A stretch of DNA of 55,830 nt from a virus (IMGVR_UViG_3300049811_000327:1-55830), one strand, 5' to 3'; positions 1-9,484 are shown, counted from the stretch's first letter. A program made the numbers and translations. Notes: a model not told the origin generated them from the sequence alone.

Positions 1-172
1 GACCAACTCCGGCATCGACGAAAAGTTAGTGACAACCACTGGGGTCCCACACGCTTGGGCCTCAATGATTGGAATCCCGAAGCCTTCTCCCTTACTTGGG
101 CACAAGAGCATGTCCGCTGCGTTGTAGAACATCGAGAGGTACTTGGGAGTGTACTCGCCGATCCACAGCTTG
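1..172. repeat. Terminal direct repeat, copy 1 (circular assembly overlap)
   Basis: Identical to 55659-55830 except position 73 (A) vs 55731 (G). The GT4 reading frame continues across the junction. Confidence 0.95.
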
Positions 173-945
173 TAGCGATTGGGAAAGCGGACGTTGTCTT
201 GCAGGCCCATCGACTTGACCAGGCCGGCCAGATCCCCTCCACCCATCACCTTCGTGTAGTCAGTGTGGATGTACAGAATCGCTGGCTTCGGCAAATGGGG
301 AAGAGCAGACTTGAAAGCTTGAAGGGCCTCGACGAGACCCTTACGACTCGGCCACCCCTTGTTGGCAGAGACCATCACGCCGAGCCAGGCCGCGTCCTCG
401 CAAACGTTCTTCCTGAAGGCGGCGACGTCGTCTTCGGAACGCACCCGATAGTCCGTGACCTCGACGCCGTGAGGGATGTAGTACGATCCGATCCCAGCCC
501 TGCGAAGGGCGTCTTGGCCAAACTTTGCATAGGTGATCGGGAAGTCCGCTGCCAAGACGGGATCAATCACGATCTGCGGCACGGGGTCATGATCCACGGG
601 AAGCCAGGGGGCCCAAAGACACTTGTCGAGCTCCTTGATCGACTCCTGTCTGATCACCCAGATGTCGATCAGGGTGATGAGCACGTCAGCCTTGAAGTGA
701 TCGCAGTGGGCGCCGAACATGTCGTTCCCGTAGGGGTCGACACCACGCGGATAGATGGGGATCCCATCCATGACCATCCCGCCACCCTCAAGACCGAACC
801 ACGCGAAACACGCCACGTCCTCGACAGTCGGCAAGCGCTTCAAGCGCGGCAAGAGTGACTTGCCCTGCACACCGTACCCGCTAGTACACCAGGGGGCATT
901 GCTTGCGTACATGATGCGAAGAGCGTTTTTCTGAGTGCTATCCAT
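1..945 (-). CDS. GT4-family glycosyltransferase, 5' part (continues at 55658-55395; about 402 aa in total)
   Basis: Missing from the ORF track because it runs off the window edge. ATG at 945 reads MDSTQKNALRIMYASNAPWCTSGYGVQ...; the C-terminal part carries PSKGEGFGIPIIEAQACGTPVV, the GT4 E-x7-E motif. Confidence 0.88.
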   Translation of the reverse strand, partial: MDSTQKNALRIMYASNAPWCTSGYGVQGKSLLPRLKRLPTVEDVACFAWFGLEGGGMVMDGIPIYPRGVDPYGNDMFGAHCDHFKADVLITLIDIWVIRQESIKELDKCLWAPWLPVDHDPVPQIVIDPVLAADFPITYAKFGQDALRRAGIGSYYIPHGVEVTDYRVRSEDDVAAFRKNVCEDAAWLGVMVSANKGWPSRKGLVEALQAFKSALPHLPKPAILYIHTDYTKVMGGGDLAGLVKSMGLQDNVRFPNRYKLWIGEYTPKYLSMFYNAADMLLCPSKGEGFGIPIIEAQACGTPVVVTNFSSMPELV

Positions 946-964
946 CTTCCGATAAGCCTTTCTG

Positions 965-1085
965 CTGTGACACTTAGGTCTAGCCCAGGGTCTCCTGGAA
1001 TGACCCAGTCACTCGCGAACCATCAAGATGAGTATCCCATCATCTGAACCAAGAATGAAGCTCTGGGAGGCTCCTGGCCTCTGCT
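965..1085. repeat. Dispersed palindromic element, copy a (core GATGAGTATCCCATCATC at 1027-1044)
   Basis: Intergenic; shares the 18-bp core and GTGAC/CAG-rich arms with 8 other sites. Confidence 0.75.
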
Positions 1086-1503
1086 AACTTGTAGGCGCGA
1101 CATCAATCCTGAACAGCGCCCCATAGTGTTGAAACGTACGTCCTTCATCGATCTCTACATACTCAACACCTGAGTCCTTTCTGATGCGCACCGTACGCCA
1201 TCCAGTCATCGTCAAGGGCTTGTCTTCAAGAAGTGCGCTCACTGCAGCAATGATGTTGGCAGCGCGAGAAGCACTCAGTCCTTCATCCACAACCTTGATC
1301 TGATAGAGCGATGACTCTTGCTCGATACCAGAGAAGGTGTGACTCGCCACGTCTGACTGTTGATTGAAGAGGATGTATGGCAGACTAGCCTCATTGGGGG
1401 CGAGCATCCTGTACACACCCGTACATCCGAGAGTGCCCAGAGTGGCCGTACCCAAATGAGCCACCAACCTGCTGTAAAGCGCTGCATCCACTTGCTGCAT
1501 CAA
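1084..1503 (-). CDS. Tail terminator / tail-completion protein (DUF3168-like)
   Basis: 139 aa with VY...AP...LPYI pattern; follows the HK97-gp10-like gene. Confidence 0.7.
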   Translation of the reverse strand: MMQQVDAALYSRLVAHLGTATLGTLGCTGVYRMLAPNEASLPYILFNQQSDVASHTFSGIEQESSLYQIKVVDEGLSASRAANIIAAVSALLEDKPLTMTGWRTVRIRKDSGVEYVEIDEGRTFQHYGALFRIDVAPTS

Positions 1504-1838
1504 AGGCTCCTAAGCATCTCTTTCATTGCGGTAACAAAGGCTGGGAACTCAGTCTCACCAGCTGGAATCATGTATGGTCGAGCTGACGCGCGACGAGTCC
1601 CAAACTCTACGTAGGCCGCGTAGTCGGTATGCGGTGCGACAATAGCCAACAGTCCGCCAGATTCGATTCCCGTCGAAATGGAGTTTTTCAACGTGCCAGT
1701 GTCGACTGGGACCAACGTTTTCGCCCTTGCCTCAACCCTAAAGGCTGTCGTTCTCACAACAGCAGACGCTTGGCCAGGCATCTTCGCCGCAATCTCTGGG
1801 AACCGATCAAACTCGATGACGAATGTGGTTTTTAGCAT
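1500..1838 (-). CDS. HK97 gp10-like neck/tail component
   Basis: PVDTGTLKNSI, YAAYVEFGT and ARPYMIPA signature motifs. Confidence 0.85.
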   Translation of the reverse strand: MLKTTFVIEFDRFPEIAAKMPGQASAVVRTTAFRVEARAKTLVPVDTGTLKNSISTGIESGGLLAIVAPHTDYAAYVEFGTRRASARPYMIPAGETEFPAFVTAMKEMLRSL

Positions 1839-2185
1839 CAGACCCTCGTTGCCACAGCTCGACAAGCGGTTGAGAAGGTGTGATCAAGAACGCCAACAAC
1901 GTCATAGCGCGCCGAAGCCAAGGTCAAACGATCTTCACTCTGGACGGAGGTTCCAAATGGCATGGTAAACGTCGTGAGGGCCTCGTCGGAGACTCGCCCG
2001 GCCAGGGCTCGCTCCTTGGCCGACGTCGCTGCCCATCGACACAAAACGGTGCCAACATTGATGAAACTCCGTGTTGAGCCACCCATACCGTCTGAAACAA
2101 GGGTGCCACGGGTGATGACAACCTGGGCTGTCATTGTTGCATCCTGTTGGGCTCGCAGATCAGTGAGTTCCTGTTGGGTTAGCAT
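1838..2185 (-). CDS. Head-closure protein (SPP1 gp16-like)
   Basis: 115 aa with DGMGG motif and ...EDRL...RYDVVGV; neck-gene synteny. Confidence 0.75.
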   Translation of the reverse strand: MLTQQELTDLRAQQDATMTAQVVITRGTLVSDGMGGSTRSFINVGTVLCRWAATSAKERALAGRVSDEALTTFTMPFGTSVQSEDRLTLASARYDVVGVLDHTFSTACRAVATRV

Positions 2186-2195
2186 GATTCAGCAC

Positions 2196-2777
2196 CTAGC
2201 GAGAGACATCGACACGAGTGAACGGAACGTAAACGATACCCCTCGCAGCAGAGTACATACCATGCATTTCCTTGCAATGGCGGAACCAATCTGATCGACT
2301 GAATGAGGCCCCATCGGCAGTGAATGAGTACAAAGACGCCTTAGCCCCAGCGAGCTGTCTCCATCCAGCGGCGGCAGCAGCATTGAGGTCAAAGGTTGAC
2401 GCATCGATGAGGCGAACGGAACCGCCCTGGTTATCGGTGAAGACAAAACGACCATTGAGAAAGTCAGCTGAGTAAGCTGACCCGCTGATGGTGTTGCCGC
2501 CAGAATCGAACATTCTGAAGGTCACTGGGTAAGCAGTCCCAGCCGTTCCCTCGATGTTGCGAAGAGGGGTCTCAAAGACCTTGTAGACGACCGTTCCGCT
2601 CTCGTTTTGGCCTCGTGCCGTCAACGGATGGGCATAGAAGTCGAGCCGATGGGCGTCCAAAATGCTGAGGGCCTCACTGTCGTCCCACACGGCACCTGTT
2701 GGGTCAGCGACCATATCTCTCCACGTCGTAATGATCGTTGCCATTCCAGCACGGGATGGATCAAGTGTTCCTGTCAT
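2196..2777 (-). CDS. Putative head-tail adaptor (SPP1 gp15-like)
   Basis: Position before the head-closure gene; C-terminal DLNAAAAAGW...YSFTADGASFSRS resembles adaptor proteins. Confidence 0.55.
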   Translation of the reverse strand: MTGTLDPSRAGMATIITTWRDMVADPTGAVWDDSEALSILDAHRLDFYAHPLTARGQNESGTVVYKVFETPLRNIEGTAGTAYPVTFRMFDSGGNTISGSAYSADFLNGRFVFTDNQGGSVRLIDASTFDLNAAAAAGWRQLAGAKASLYSFTADGASFSRSDWFRHCKEMHGMYSAARGIVYVPFTRVDVSR

Positions 2778-2961
2778 CAGGCCATCGACTCCTAATATCG
2801 AGCGGAGTAACGAGATCCCATTCGCTAGGATTCGTTAGGTCAACAGTTCGTACGGCTGTAACACGTGAGCCGTAGTTCGCGGTGACAACGTATGATTGTG
2901 AAGAACCTTTGCCTCGCACAATGTCGCCTGGCTGCAGTTGGCGCATTTCGTCGTAGGTCAT
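2761..2961 (-). CDS. Small hypothetical protein
   Basis: 66 aa; overlaps both neighbours in operon fashion. Confidence 0.55.
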   Translation of the reverse strand: MTYDEMRQLQPGDIVRGKGSSQSYVVTANYGSRVTAVRTVDLTNPSEWDLVTPLDIRSRWPDDRNT

Positions 2962-3419
2962 CCCTTCACCTTCCGCAGCACAGCGTGAATGTTATAGGCG
3001 AGATCGATACCAAGTTGCTCAATACGCCACTTTCGTGTGGTGTAGAAGCCGTACTTTTGACCCCAGGCTGTCCGTGGGTCAAGATAGTGGAACGATTCTG
3101 GGTGATAGCAGCGAACGTGAGTTGGATCAATCGCTGCGTTTTCACTGTTCCACATTGGTGTTCTGATAGCTATCGTTCCGCCATCCTCAAGGACCCGCCA
3201 GGCCTCGTCAAAGAATGCGACGAAGCCAAGATGGAGATGCTCCAACAGGTCCTGAGCAACGATCTCGCTGAATGACCCATCATACCATGGCCAAGGCGTC
3301 TCTTCAAGGTTCCACACTTCATCGACGAATGCCGAATGGGCAGTAACGTCATGGTTGATGGCGCCTTCGATTGGAGCATTGCCGCAGCCGAGGTTAAGAG
3401 TGGTCATGAATGAAATCAC
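2958..3419 (-). CDS. Class I SAM-dependent methyltransferase (Methyltransf_11-like; start may be 3407)
   Basis: LNLGCG motif I, DLLEHL, EAWRVLEDGG, DPTH. Confidence 0.85.
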   Translation of the reverse strand: MISFMTTLNLGCGNAPIEGAINHDVTAHSAFVDEVWNLEETPWPWYDGSFSEIVAQDLLEHLHLGFVAFFDEAWRVLEDGGTIAIRTPMWNSENAAIDPTHVRCYHPESFHYLDPRTAWGQKYGFYTTRKWRIEQLGIDLAYNIHAVLRKVKG

Positions 3420-3463
3420 CTAGTGGAGAGAGGGTCAAGTAGGCTCAACCCTCTCTCTCGAGG

Positions 3464-3856
3464 CTAGACGGAGCCGTAGCGGACGCCGACGGAGATGTTC
3501 AGCCACGCGGTGTTGACGGTGCCGGTCTCATCGTACTTCAGGCGAAGAGCCTCTCCTGCGGCCAAGGCGGGGTTGGAGACCAGCGAGCCGGTGCGCGGAA
3601 CGTCAGCGACCCAGCCGGTGTCAGCGGTGCCCGACCCGATGGTGCCCAAGGCAGTGGTGGCAGTGCCGGAAGTGCCGCCGTTCATCAGCTCGAGGGCCAG
3701 ACCTGTGCCGGCGCCAGCAGTGATCGTCGCACCAGGGGTGGCGTACCAGTTCACGACCTCGCATGCCTGGGGGGCGACCCAGATGGTATAGTTGTCATCA
3801 CCCAAGTCGCCAACGAGGTTGGCGTTGATAGGGAAAACGATCTGACTTTGGAACAT
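3464..3856 (-). CDS. Putative capsid decoration/cement protein
   Basis: 130 aa, Gly/Thr/Ala-rich, directly downstream of the major capsid gene. Confidence 0.5.
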   Translation of the reverse strand: MFQSQIVFPINANLVGDLGDDNYTIWVAPQACEVVNWYATPGATITAGAGTGLALELMNGGTSGTATTALGTIGSGTADTGWVADVPRTGSLVSNPALAAGEALRLKYDETGTVNTAWLNISVGVRYGSV

Positions 3857-4038
3857 GTCGATCCTCCGAAGGATTGAGTGTCAGTGACCCCGGGGGTCTC
3901 ACCCAGGGTTGAATGATAGAGCCTTCATCCTCGCTTGTTCAAGGCCTCTGGGGCCCTCAGGTAAGGCGAGGAAGGCGCCCATGGGTCTCTACCTGGGTCC
4001 ACTTGGAACCCTTGGGTTCAACCCATGGGTGCTTAGCT

Positions 4039-4893
4039 CTAGGTGGGCTCGGTCGCGTCGGCGGTGTACTTGACGCCGAAAGCAGGGCGATCGCCGAGAC
4101 CAACAGCGTAGCCAGCCGTCGCGTTGAGCTCCCAGCCACGCAGGCTCGCGTCGCGCTCAGGCTCCAGGCGGTAGGGCCGGCGGGTGTCCAGGGCCAGGGC
4201 ACGAGGGTGGAAGACGCCGCTGACAGCATCCGAGTTGGCGTCCACGGCGATGTTGGCAGAGATGAACACGTTGACGCTCAGGAAGCGATCCACCCAGTAG
4301 TCATTCAGAGCCTTGTTGGTGGCCTCGCCAAGGTTCGGGTAGGTGGCAGCGGGCTTGCCTAGCTCCACCCAGATGTCGTGCCAGTGGTACGGGTGCAGAA
4401 CAGCGTTGATCTGGCCGGTCGGCGCCTTGGCGTTGCGCAGGACAGCGATGGCAGCGCCCAGAGTCGTGATAGAGGCGCTGTTGTTAGCACCCGGGCCCTT
4501 GTCAGTGGTGAAAGACGCCATCGTGGTCGCCAGATCGGTGTCGATCTTGCTGGCGATCGCGTCACCCAGCTCAGTGGCAGCACTCATCATGGCGCCGTCG
4601 GGGTCAGTCTCCACATTCTGATCGGTCAGGATGATCTGGGCGATAACCTCGGCGGGAGTCAGGGTGCCAAGAGCAGAGCGAGTGAAAGTGGTCGGGTTGC
4701 TGAAGTCGACGCCGTCGGCGATGGTCACAGGAGTGACCTGCGGCCGAGTCGAGAAGGTACGGGTCATCCAGCCTTGGGCGCTGTAGGGCGACACCAGCGA
4801 CGGCATCAGAGAGGTCTCGCGAACGACCATGACTGATGTCTCGTAGATTGAAGCCACGAGCGCCGAGATGTCGGCGAAGCGAGTGATTGCCAT
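4039..4893 (-). CDS. Major capsid protein (HK97 fold)
   Basis: About 284 aa after the scaffold gene; ELGDAIASKIDTDL, AVLHP, ERDAS patterns; GGAG RBS. Confidence 0.85.
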   Translation of the reverse strand: MAITRFADISALVASIYETSVMVVRETSLMPSLVSPYSAQGWMTRTFSTRPQVTPVTIADGVDFSNPTTFTRSALGTLTPAEVIAQIILTDQNVETDPDGAMMSAATELGDAIASKIDTDLATTMASFTTDKGPGANNSASITTLGAAIAVLRNAKAPTGQINAVLHPYHWHDIWVELGKPAATYPNLGEATNKALNDYWVDRFLSVNVFISANIAVDANSDAVSGVFHPRALALDTRRPYRLEPERDASLRGWELNATAGYAVGLGDRPAFGVKYTADATEPT

Positions 4894-4929
4894 GATAGGT
4901 TTCTCCAAAGGGTTAGGTGGTGAGTGAAC

Positions 4930-5688
4930 CTAGGAAGGCGCGCCGCCTCTCCAGACTACACCGCCACCTTCGAAAAGTTGTGTCTCAGGACGGCCGAAAA
5001 TGCGCTGCTTCAGCTCATCCTCCGGGGTCTTGCCAGTCTTTGCTGACGGGCTGGTTGCCTTGAACGGGTAGGTTGTGCTGGAAGAAGTCTGTTGAGGCTG
5101 AGTGGCCGCTTTCTTCAAGTGTGGCTTCTGCTCAAGCAACTTGACCAGGGCCTCCTCAACACCAATGACCTTTCCTTCCCCATCAACCTCGGCCGCGTCA
5201 ACGCCGATGAAGACGACTGCATCAGACGGATCAACGAACTCGAGACGCGCCGCGATCTCAGTGATCTGCTTGGTCACTGCGGCTGCCTTGAGACTGGCCT
5301 CAAGCTGATTGCGTGCAGCCTGTTCTCTGGCCAGTTGCTCTCTCAGGCGTTCCACCTCGCTCAGCTCCTGAAGACGTGCCTCTTCTTCTTGCGCCTTGCG
5401 ATCAGCATCAGCCTTCTCAAGGTCACGCAGCTTAACGCGCCAAGCGGCAGCCTCTTTGCGAAGATCGGCGACCAACTTCATCGCCGCAGCCAGTTGGCCA
5501 GCCGTATCGTTGGCAGCAGCGTCGTCACTGACGGGCGCCTCGTCGATCGCGTTGGAAGCAGGCGTTTCGTCAAGTTTGCCGGCAACCTGGCCGTCAAGAG
5601 TCTCCCCTTCTAGGGGGCCTGCTACTCTACCTTGGCCCACACCTGGTGCGGCATTGGGCAGAGTTGTCTGTGACTTAGGCTTCATCAT
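4930..5688 (-). CDS. Capsid scaffolding protein
   Basis: Acidic coiled coil with LRKEAAAWRVK and LLEQKPHL; precedes the capsid gene. Confidence 0.8.
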   Translation of the reverse strand: MMKPKSQTTLPNAAPGVGQGRVAGPLEGETLDGQVAGKLDETPASNAIDEAPVSDDAAANDTAGQLAAAMKLVADLRKEAAAWRVKLRDLEKADADRKAQEEEARLQELSEVERLREQLAREQAARNQLEASLKAAAVTKQITEIAARLEFVDPSDAVVFIGVDAAEVDGEGKVIGVEEALVKLLEQKPHLKKAATQPQQTSSSTTYPFKATSPSAKTGKTPEDELKQRIFGRPETQLFEGGGVVWRGGAPS

Positions 5689-5707
5689 TCCTGTCCTTTT
5701 ACGTGAA

Positions 5708-6739
5708 TTAGCGGGGGTGGAGCAACTCGTCAAGAGATGGCACTACCCTCATATGTCCATAGGTTGCATTTGGGACCCGCTTACTGAGTTGGTCGAACGA
5801 GATGTCGCCTCTTTCCCAAGCGAGCCACGTTCTACGACCCATCATTCGGATCTGAGTAGACTTCGGAAGATCTCTAAACCACGATTCGCCTGATCTCAGA
5901 GCAATCTCAGATTGCTTGACTCCAGGGAAGCCGATTTTGCCCCATCCGTGAACGATGGGAAGCATAGCGCAGCGACCGTTGTGATGGTCCTCAAGGGTCT
6001 CATTGAGGTCGTGAAGCGTGCCGTGCATCGCTAGGCAACTAACACAGGTACGGTCATCCAACTGAGCGTGCCAACGCCACTGTTTCACGATATCGCTGTT
6101 AGCTGCGTATGTCGCCCTGCTAGCCTCTCTGTAAGCGTAGAGCTGGGCCGTCCGTGCTGTCCGCATTGCCCAAACGAGGCCAAGGCCAAGTCGCCTTGCC
6201 ATCTCTGCGCCGATGGTGTTGGGGTTGATGCCAAGAGCAATGGCTCGCAAGAGATAGTCTGAGACGTTACTCGCAACTGAGGGGCCCAGCTGCTCTATGA
6301 GGCTCATTCGGAGCGGGCTTGACTCATCCAAGAAGGCCAACATTGTCTTGATTGCTTCAACCGGGAGGTCGTTCCAGGGAAAGGAGATTCCCCCCACTGC
6401 TGCTGACGTTAGGGCCTTCGCAGCTGCAGAACCGAGACGAATCCGCTCAAGGGTAGAGCTACTTATCTCAACATCAACGTACGAGCCGAAGCGACCAATC
6501 TCATCCACCATCTGACGCTGAAGAGTGATCCAGCGCTCTAGCTTTTTGACCTTCCAAGGAGTTGGCTCACTCATCGTAGCCAACTCTGCCGTCAGTGCGT
6601 TGATCTGCACTTCCAAACGATCTATGAGCGGCCGATAGGCTCGAACGAGCTTGAGCATTTCAGCCCGTTCAGCCGTGGCCAGGCGCTTTCGATACTGCGC
6701 TGCGACCTCAAAGATGGTTGGAGTGGTTGGATCGGGCAT
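5708..6739 (-). CDS. Minor head protein (Mu gpF / SPP1 gp7 family)
   Basis: ARTA...WRWHAQLDDRTCVSCLAMHG...HHNGRC. Confidence 0.85.
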   Translation of the reverse strand: MPDPTTPTIFEVAAQYRKRLATAERAEMLKLVRAYRPLIDRLEVQINALTAELATMSEPTPWKVKKLERWITLQRQMVDEIGRFGSYVDVEISSSTLERIRLGSAAAKALTSAAVGGISFPWNDLPVEAIKTMLAFLDESSPLRMSLIEQLGPSVASNVSDYLLRAIALGINPNTIGAEMARRLGLGLVWAMRTARTAQLYAYREASRATYAANSDIVKQWRWHAQLDDRTCVSCLAMHGTLHDLNETLEDHHNGRCAMLPIVHGWGKIGFPGVKQSEIALRSGESWFRDLPKSTQIRMMGRRTWLAWERGDISFDQLSKRVPNATYGHMRVVPSLDELLHPR

Positions 6740-6745
6740 GGTCGG

Positions 6746-7159
6746 TTAACTGTCTTTGCGACTCTCAACCCATGTGCCGTTGCACTGCCAGAAGTTGGTC
6801 CTAACAGTTGGCCAAGTGAACTTCTCAAGGTCACCAGGACCAATGAAGTAGGTAGCTCCAAAGACACGATCTGTAACTGATTGGGCCACCAGAACTGCTA
6901 CGATATCTTGGGAAGTGGGGGTGTCTGAGGCGAACCATCCGCCTGCGATCCCTGCCTTCCGACGGTTTACGGCTACTTGAGCAGCCGCTATCTTAGCCTC
7001 AAACGGGCAGCCTCTTGTTTCTCCTGCCACGATCTGCATCAACGCCAACTGTTCTTCATTTGGCATACCAGATTGTGGAAGATAGAAGGATGCCGGACCA
7101 GCTACAAAGGCCAAAATGAGTGTGATTTGAACGAGTTTCGAAATGATTCTCAACTTCAT
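6746..7159 (-). CDS. SleB/Hydrolase_2-like cell-wall hydrolase with N-terminal hydrophobic segment
   Basis: IVAGETRGCPFEAKIAAAQVAVNR resembles the SleB catalytic-Glu helix, GATYF is also present; short for the family. Confidence 0.6.
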   Translation of the reverse strand: MKLRIISKLVQITLILAFVAGPASFYLPQSGMPNEEQLALMQIVAGETRGCPFEAKIAAAQVAVNRRKAGIAGGWFASDTPTSQDIVAVLVAQSVTDRVFGATYFIGPGDLEKFTWPTVRTNFWQCNGTWVESRKDS

Positions 7160-7275
7160 CTAGAATAGCCTTTTTAAGGTTGCTTTCAGTACATTGACCC
7201 GATAGAGCTATCTATCCTGACGCTGTTGCTTTTCGCAATGGGCCAATTCGCTAAAGATCACTCTCATCTAACCAG

Positions 7276-7304
7276 ATTGTATCACCATTGATGAAGAATG
7301 TACA
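7276..7304 (-). promoter_or_regulatory. Leftward promoter TGTACA-N17-TACAAT with extended TG
   Basis: Minus strand reads TGTACA ttcttcatcaatggTGa TACAAT, upstream of the hydrolase and head genes. Confidence 0.7.
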
Positions 7305-7319
7305 CTGCCAGAACCATTG

Positions 7320-7420
7320 ATTTAGGCCAAGGGACATTCCTCGGCAAGAGATGAGTATCCTATCATCTTGATCTGGTGAATGCAACTGGATCACTTCAGG
7401 AAGCTCTGGTCTAGGTTACG
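7320..7420. repeat. Dispersed palindromic element, copy b (core GATGAGTATCCTATCATC at 7350-7367)
   Basis: Exact consensus core, intergenic. Confidence 0.75.
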
Positions 7421-7426
7421 AGTGAC

Positions 7427-8134
7427 CTACTCGCCGAAGTTTCGTGCATCAATCATAAGTGGCTGTGCTCGTTGCCAGCTCTTGTTTCCCCAAGCGCTCT
7501 CTTGTTCGCCAATGTGGCGAGTCAGGTCGAGGGCGGCGAGCTTATACCCATTGGCCAAGAGGGCCTGGCAAACCGCGAGGTCCTCACCCCCAGTCTTGTC
7601 CTCCAAGGGGCCAAAGAGTGACCTCCACGATGAGGCTCGAAACGACCATGAGGAGCCCGGCACCGTTGCCCTGAACAAGGTCGGCTGACCCCCTACCCGG
7701 GCTGTGCCAACGACATGGTTCCATGGGTAGGATGGCTCCCAATTGAGGCTTGCAATGGCGATCGATGGGTCAGCAGCGGCCCAAAACGCAGCCAGGTCTG
7801 CTGCCCAACCAGGTCGATAGAGGTAGTCATCTGCTGTGAAGACCACGATGTCAGGTGGCTCGTCCGCATGGTCTTGCTTGAAGCAGTTGATGGCCAAGTC
7901 GATGGCTGAAGTCTGGGCTGCGCCAACGGTCCCAACCCTGTCGAGGATGAACCCATGGGGTCGATTCAGGACCCATAGGCGCTGCTCTGGGAGGGTAGAC
8001 CCGCCGTCCAACACAATGGTCGTGGCCCCATCTGGGAGCGATGGAAGGAGTGAGTAGTAGGTCTCTTTACAGAGGTGGAAACGGTTGAACGTCAGAAGGG
8101 CGACGGCCAACCTTGGGTGTCTGGCTTGAGCCAT
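7427..8134 (-). CDS. GT2-like (GT-A fold) glycosyltransferase
   Basis: ALLTFNR, VLDGGS, FTADD (DxD-like), GGED, HIG; AAGGAGG RBS before ATG 8134. Confidence 0.8.
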   Translation of the reverse strand: MAQARHPRLAVALLTFNRFHLCKETYYSLLPSLPDGATTIVLDGGSTLPEQRLWVLNRPHGFILDRVGTVGAAQTSAIDLAINCFKQDHADEPPDIVVFTADDYLYRPGWAADLAAFWAAADPSIAIASLNWEPSYPWNHVVGTARVGGQPTLFRATVPGSSWSFRASSWRSLFGPLEDKTGGEDLAVCQALLANGYKLAALDLTRHIGEQESAWGNKSWQRAQPLMIDARNFGE

Positions 8135-8790
8135 AGCTTGAAGGCCTCCTTGGCCACTGAAGGAGAGAATGAAGAGCGACCGCCGTGATAGACGATTGGG
8201 CAATCGGTGATCGAAAGCTCGAGGTGGTGGGCGACCAAGAGAACCTCAATCTGCCAGTCGTGCATCTTGGCCGAGTACGGCACCTTAGCCAACTTCCAGG
8301 CTGCGGGGGCACGAAAGGCGCGCAACCCGCTGGTCCAGTCGGTATGGCGCTGGCCGCGAAAGCGCAAGTTGCAAGCGGCAGTCGCGGCCTGGCTTATGGT
8401 CTTGCGCTTTGGGTCGCCGAAGTACTTGCCACCCAAGCAGAAACGGCTCCCAACAACGACATCACTGAGAGCAGTCTGGGCAGCAACGGACAGTGCGTCG
8501 ACGATCATGTGGGACCAGCCTGCATCCATCTGAACGATCGTCTTCGCACCCATGTCAAGAGCGGCGCTCCACCCAATTGTCAGGTTGCGACCAAGACCGG
8601 GACGTGACTTGAGGGCGATCACCTCAGCCCCCGCATCCCTCGCCTTCCGCACGGTGTCATCTGACGAAGCTGCGTCCACGACGACAACTTGAAGACCAGA
8701 CTTGCGCAGGCCGGTAACCAAGTAGGCGATGCTCGTGTGCTCATTCAGGGTCGAAACGACCGCTACTGTTGAACTAGGAAATTGATTCAT
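8092..8790 (-). CDS. GT2 glycosyltransferase, DPM1/polyprenol-phosphate sugar synthase-like
   Basis: STLNE, VVVDAASSDDT, QMDAGWSH, VVGSRF, DWTSGLRAF. Confidence 0.85.
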   Translation of the reverse strand: MNQFPSSTVAVVSTLNEHTSIAYLVTGLRKSGLQVVVVDAASSDDTVRKARDAGAEVIALKSRPGLGRNLTIGWSAALDMGAKTIVQMDAGWSHMIVDALSVAAQTALSDVVVGSRFCLGGKYFGDPKRKTISQAATAACNLRFRGQRHTDWTSGLRAFRAPAAWKLAKVPYSAKMHDWQIEVLLVAHHLELSITDCPIVYHGGRSSFSPSVAKEAFKLWLKPDTQGWPSPF

Positions 8791-8826
8791 CGGAGTGTCT
8801 TTCTGCCTCAAAGAGGCACTTGTGTT

Positions 8827-8925
8827 CTGTGACACCAGGAGTGACCCAGTAACAAGGTCTTAGGTTGATTAGTATCCTATCACCTTTGGGTGCAGCGTGT
8901 GCCCAGGTCACCCTGAGTGTCACAG
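8827..8925. repeat. Dispersed palindromic element, copy c (core GATTAGTATCCTATCACC at 8867-8884)
   Basis: Arms CTGTGACACCAGGAGTGACC and GGTCACCCTGAGTGTCACAG form a near-perfect inverted repeat around the core. Confidence 0.8.
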
Positions 8926-9213
8926 AGCATTGACTGGGCCCATCTGTAGAGAAAGATGCCCTTGCTCGTCTTCCGCAAGGACGAAGTCATCGACTGGGCG
9001 AGGGGCCACGCTGCGAGCGGGCTCGAGCCAGTAACGGTAGTTCGGCAAGTGAGAGACGTACGTATCGATGTAAGCCTGTGCTGCGACTCGATCAAGGGGG
9101 ACCGGCATGGTGTAGGTGGTCGGGTTCCCTTCGAACGAAAAGCAGATGATGACCTGATCGGTGGACGATTCTACGGCTTGGGCCTTGCGGCGGCCCGCCA
9201 AGTTAGACTTCAT
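8920..9213 (-). CDS. Hypothetical protein
   Basis: 97 aa; start overlaps the upstream stop. Confidence 0.55.
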   Translation of the reverse strand: MKSNLAGRRKAQAVESSTDQVIICFSFEGNPTTYTMPVPLDRVAAQAYIDTYVSHLPNYRYWLEPARSVAPRPVDDFVLAEDEQGHLSLQMGPVNAL

Positions 9214-9458
9214 CAGCCGAATGCTCCAAACGAGGTGGGCTTGGGCGATTCTGGCGGCGTCGGAATGAGATGGGCAAGGGACGGCAGGACATCAACGAAA
9301 ACGGTGGTGCCGACCTTCTTCCAGATCTGCAAAAGAATCCAATCTGCCTCAGTCTCGGCCGTGACCTGGAGCGCGATGTCAATTGGAAGAGATGGTGTGT
9401 CAACTGACAGGTCAAGAATGATACGTGCTTGCACTTTCGGTATCCTTTCTGAACCCAT
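9213..9458 (-). CDS. Hypothetical protein
   Basis: 81 aa, fills the operon gap. Confidence 0.45.
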   Translation of the reverse strand: MGSERIPKVQARIILDLSVDTPSLPIDIALQVTAETEADWILLQIWKKVGTTVFVDVLPSLAHLIPTPPESPKPTSFGAFG

Positions 9459-9484
9459 GGGTTAGGGTTCAAGGGACCCATGGG

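Noticed and set aside
55-858. 267-aa plus-strand ORF and other long antisense ORFs (e.g. 9775-10479, 52367-53398, 24211-24921)
   Set aside because: They are shadows of well-supported genes on the opposite strand in GC-rich DNA, with no motifs.
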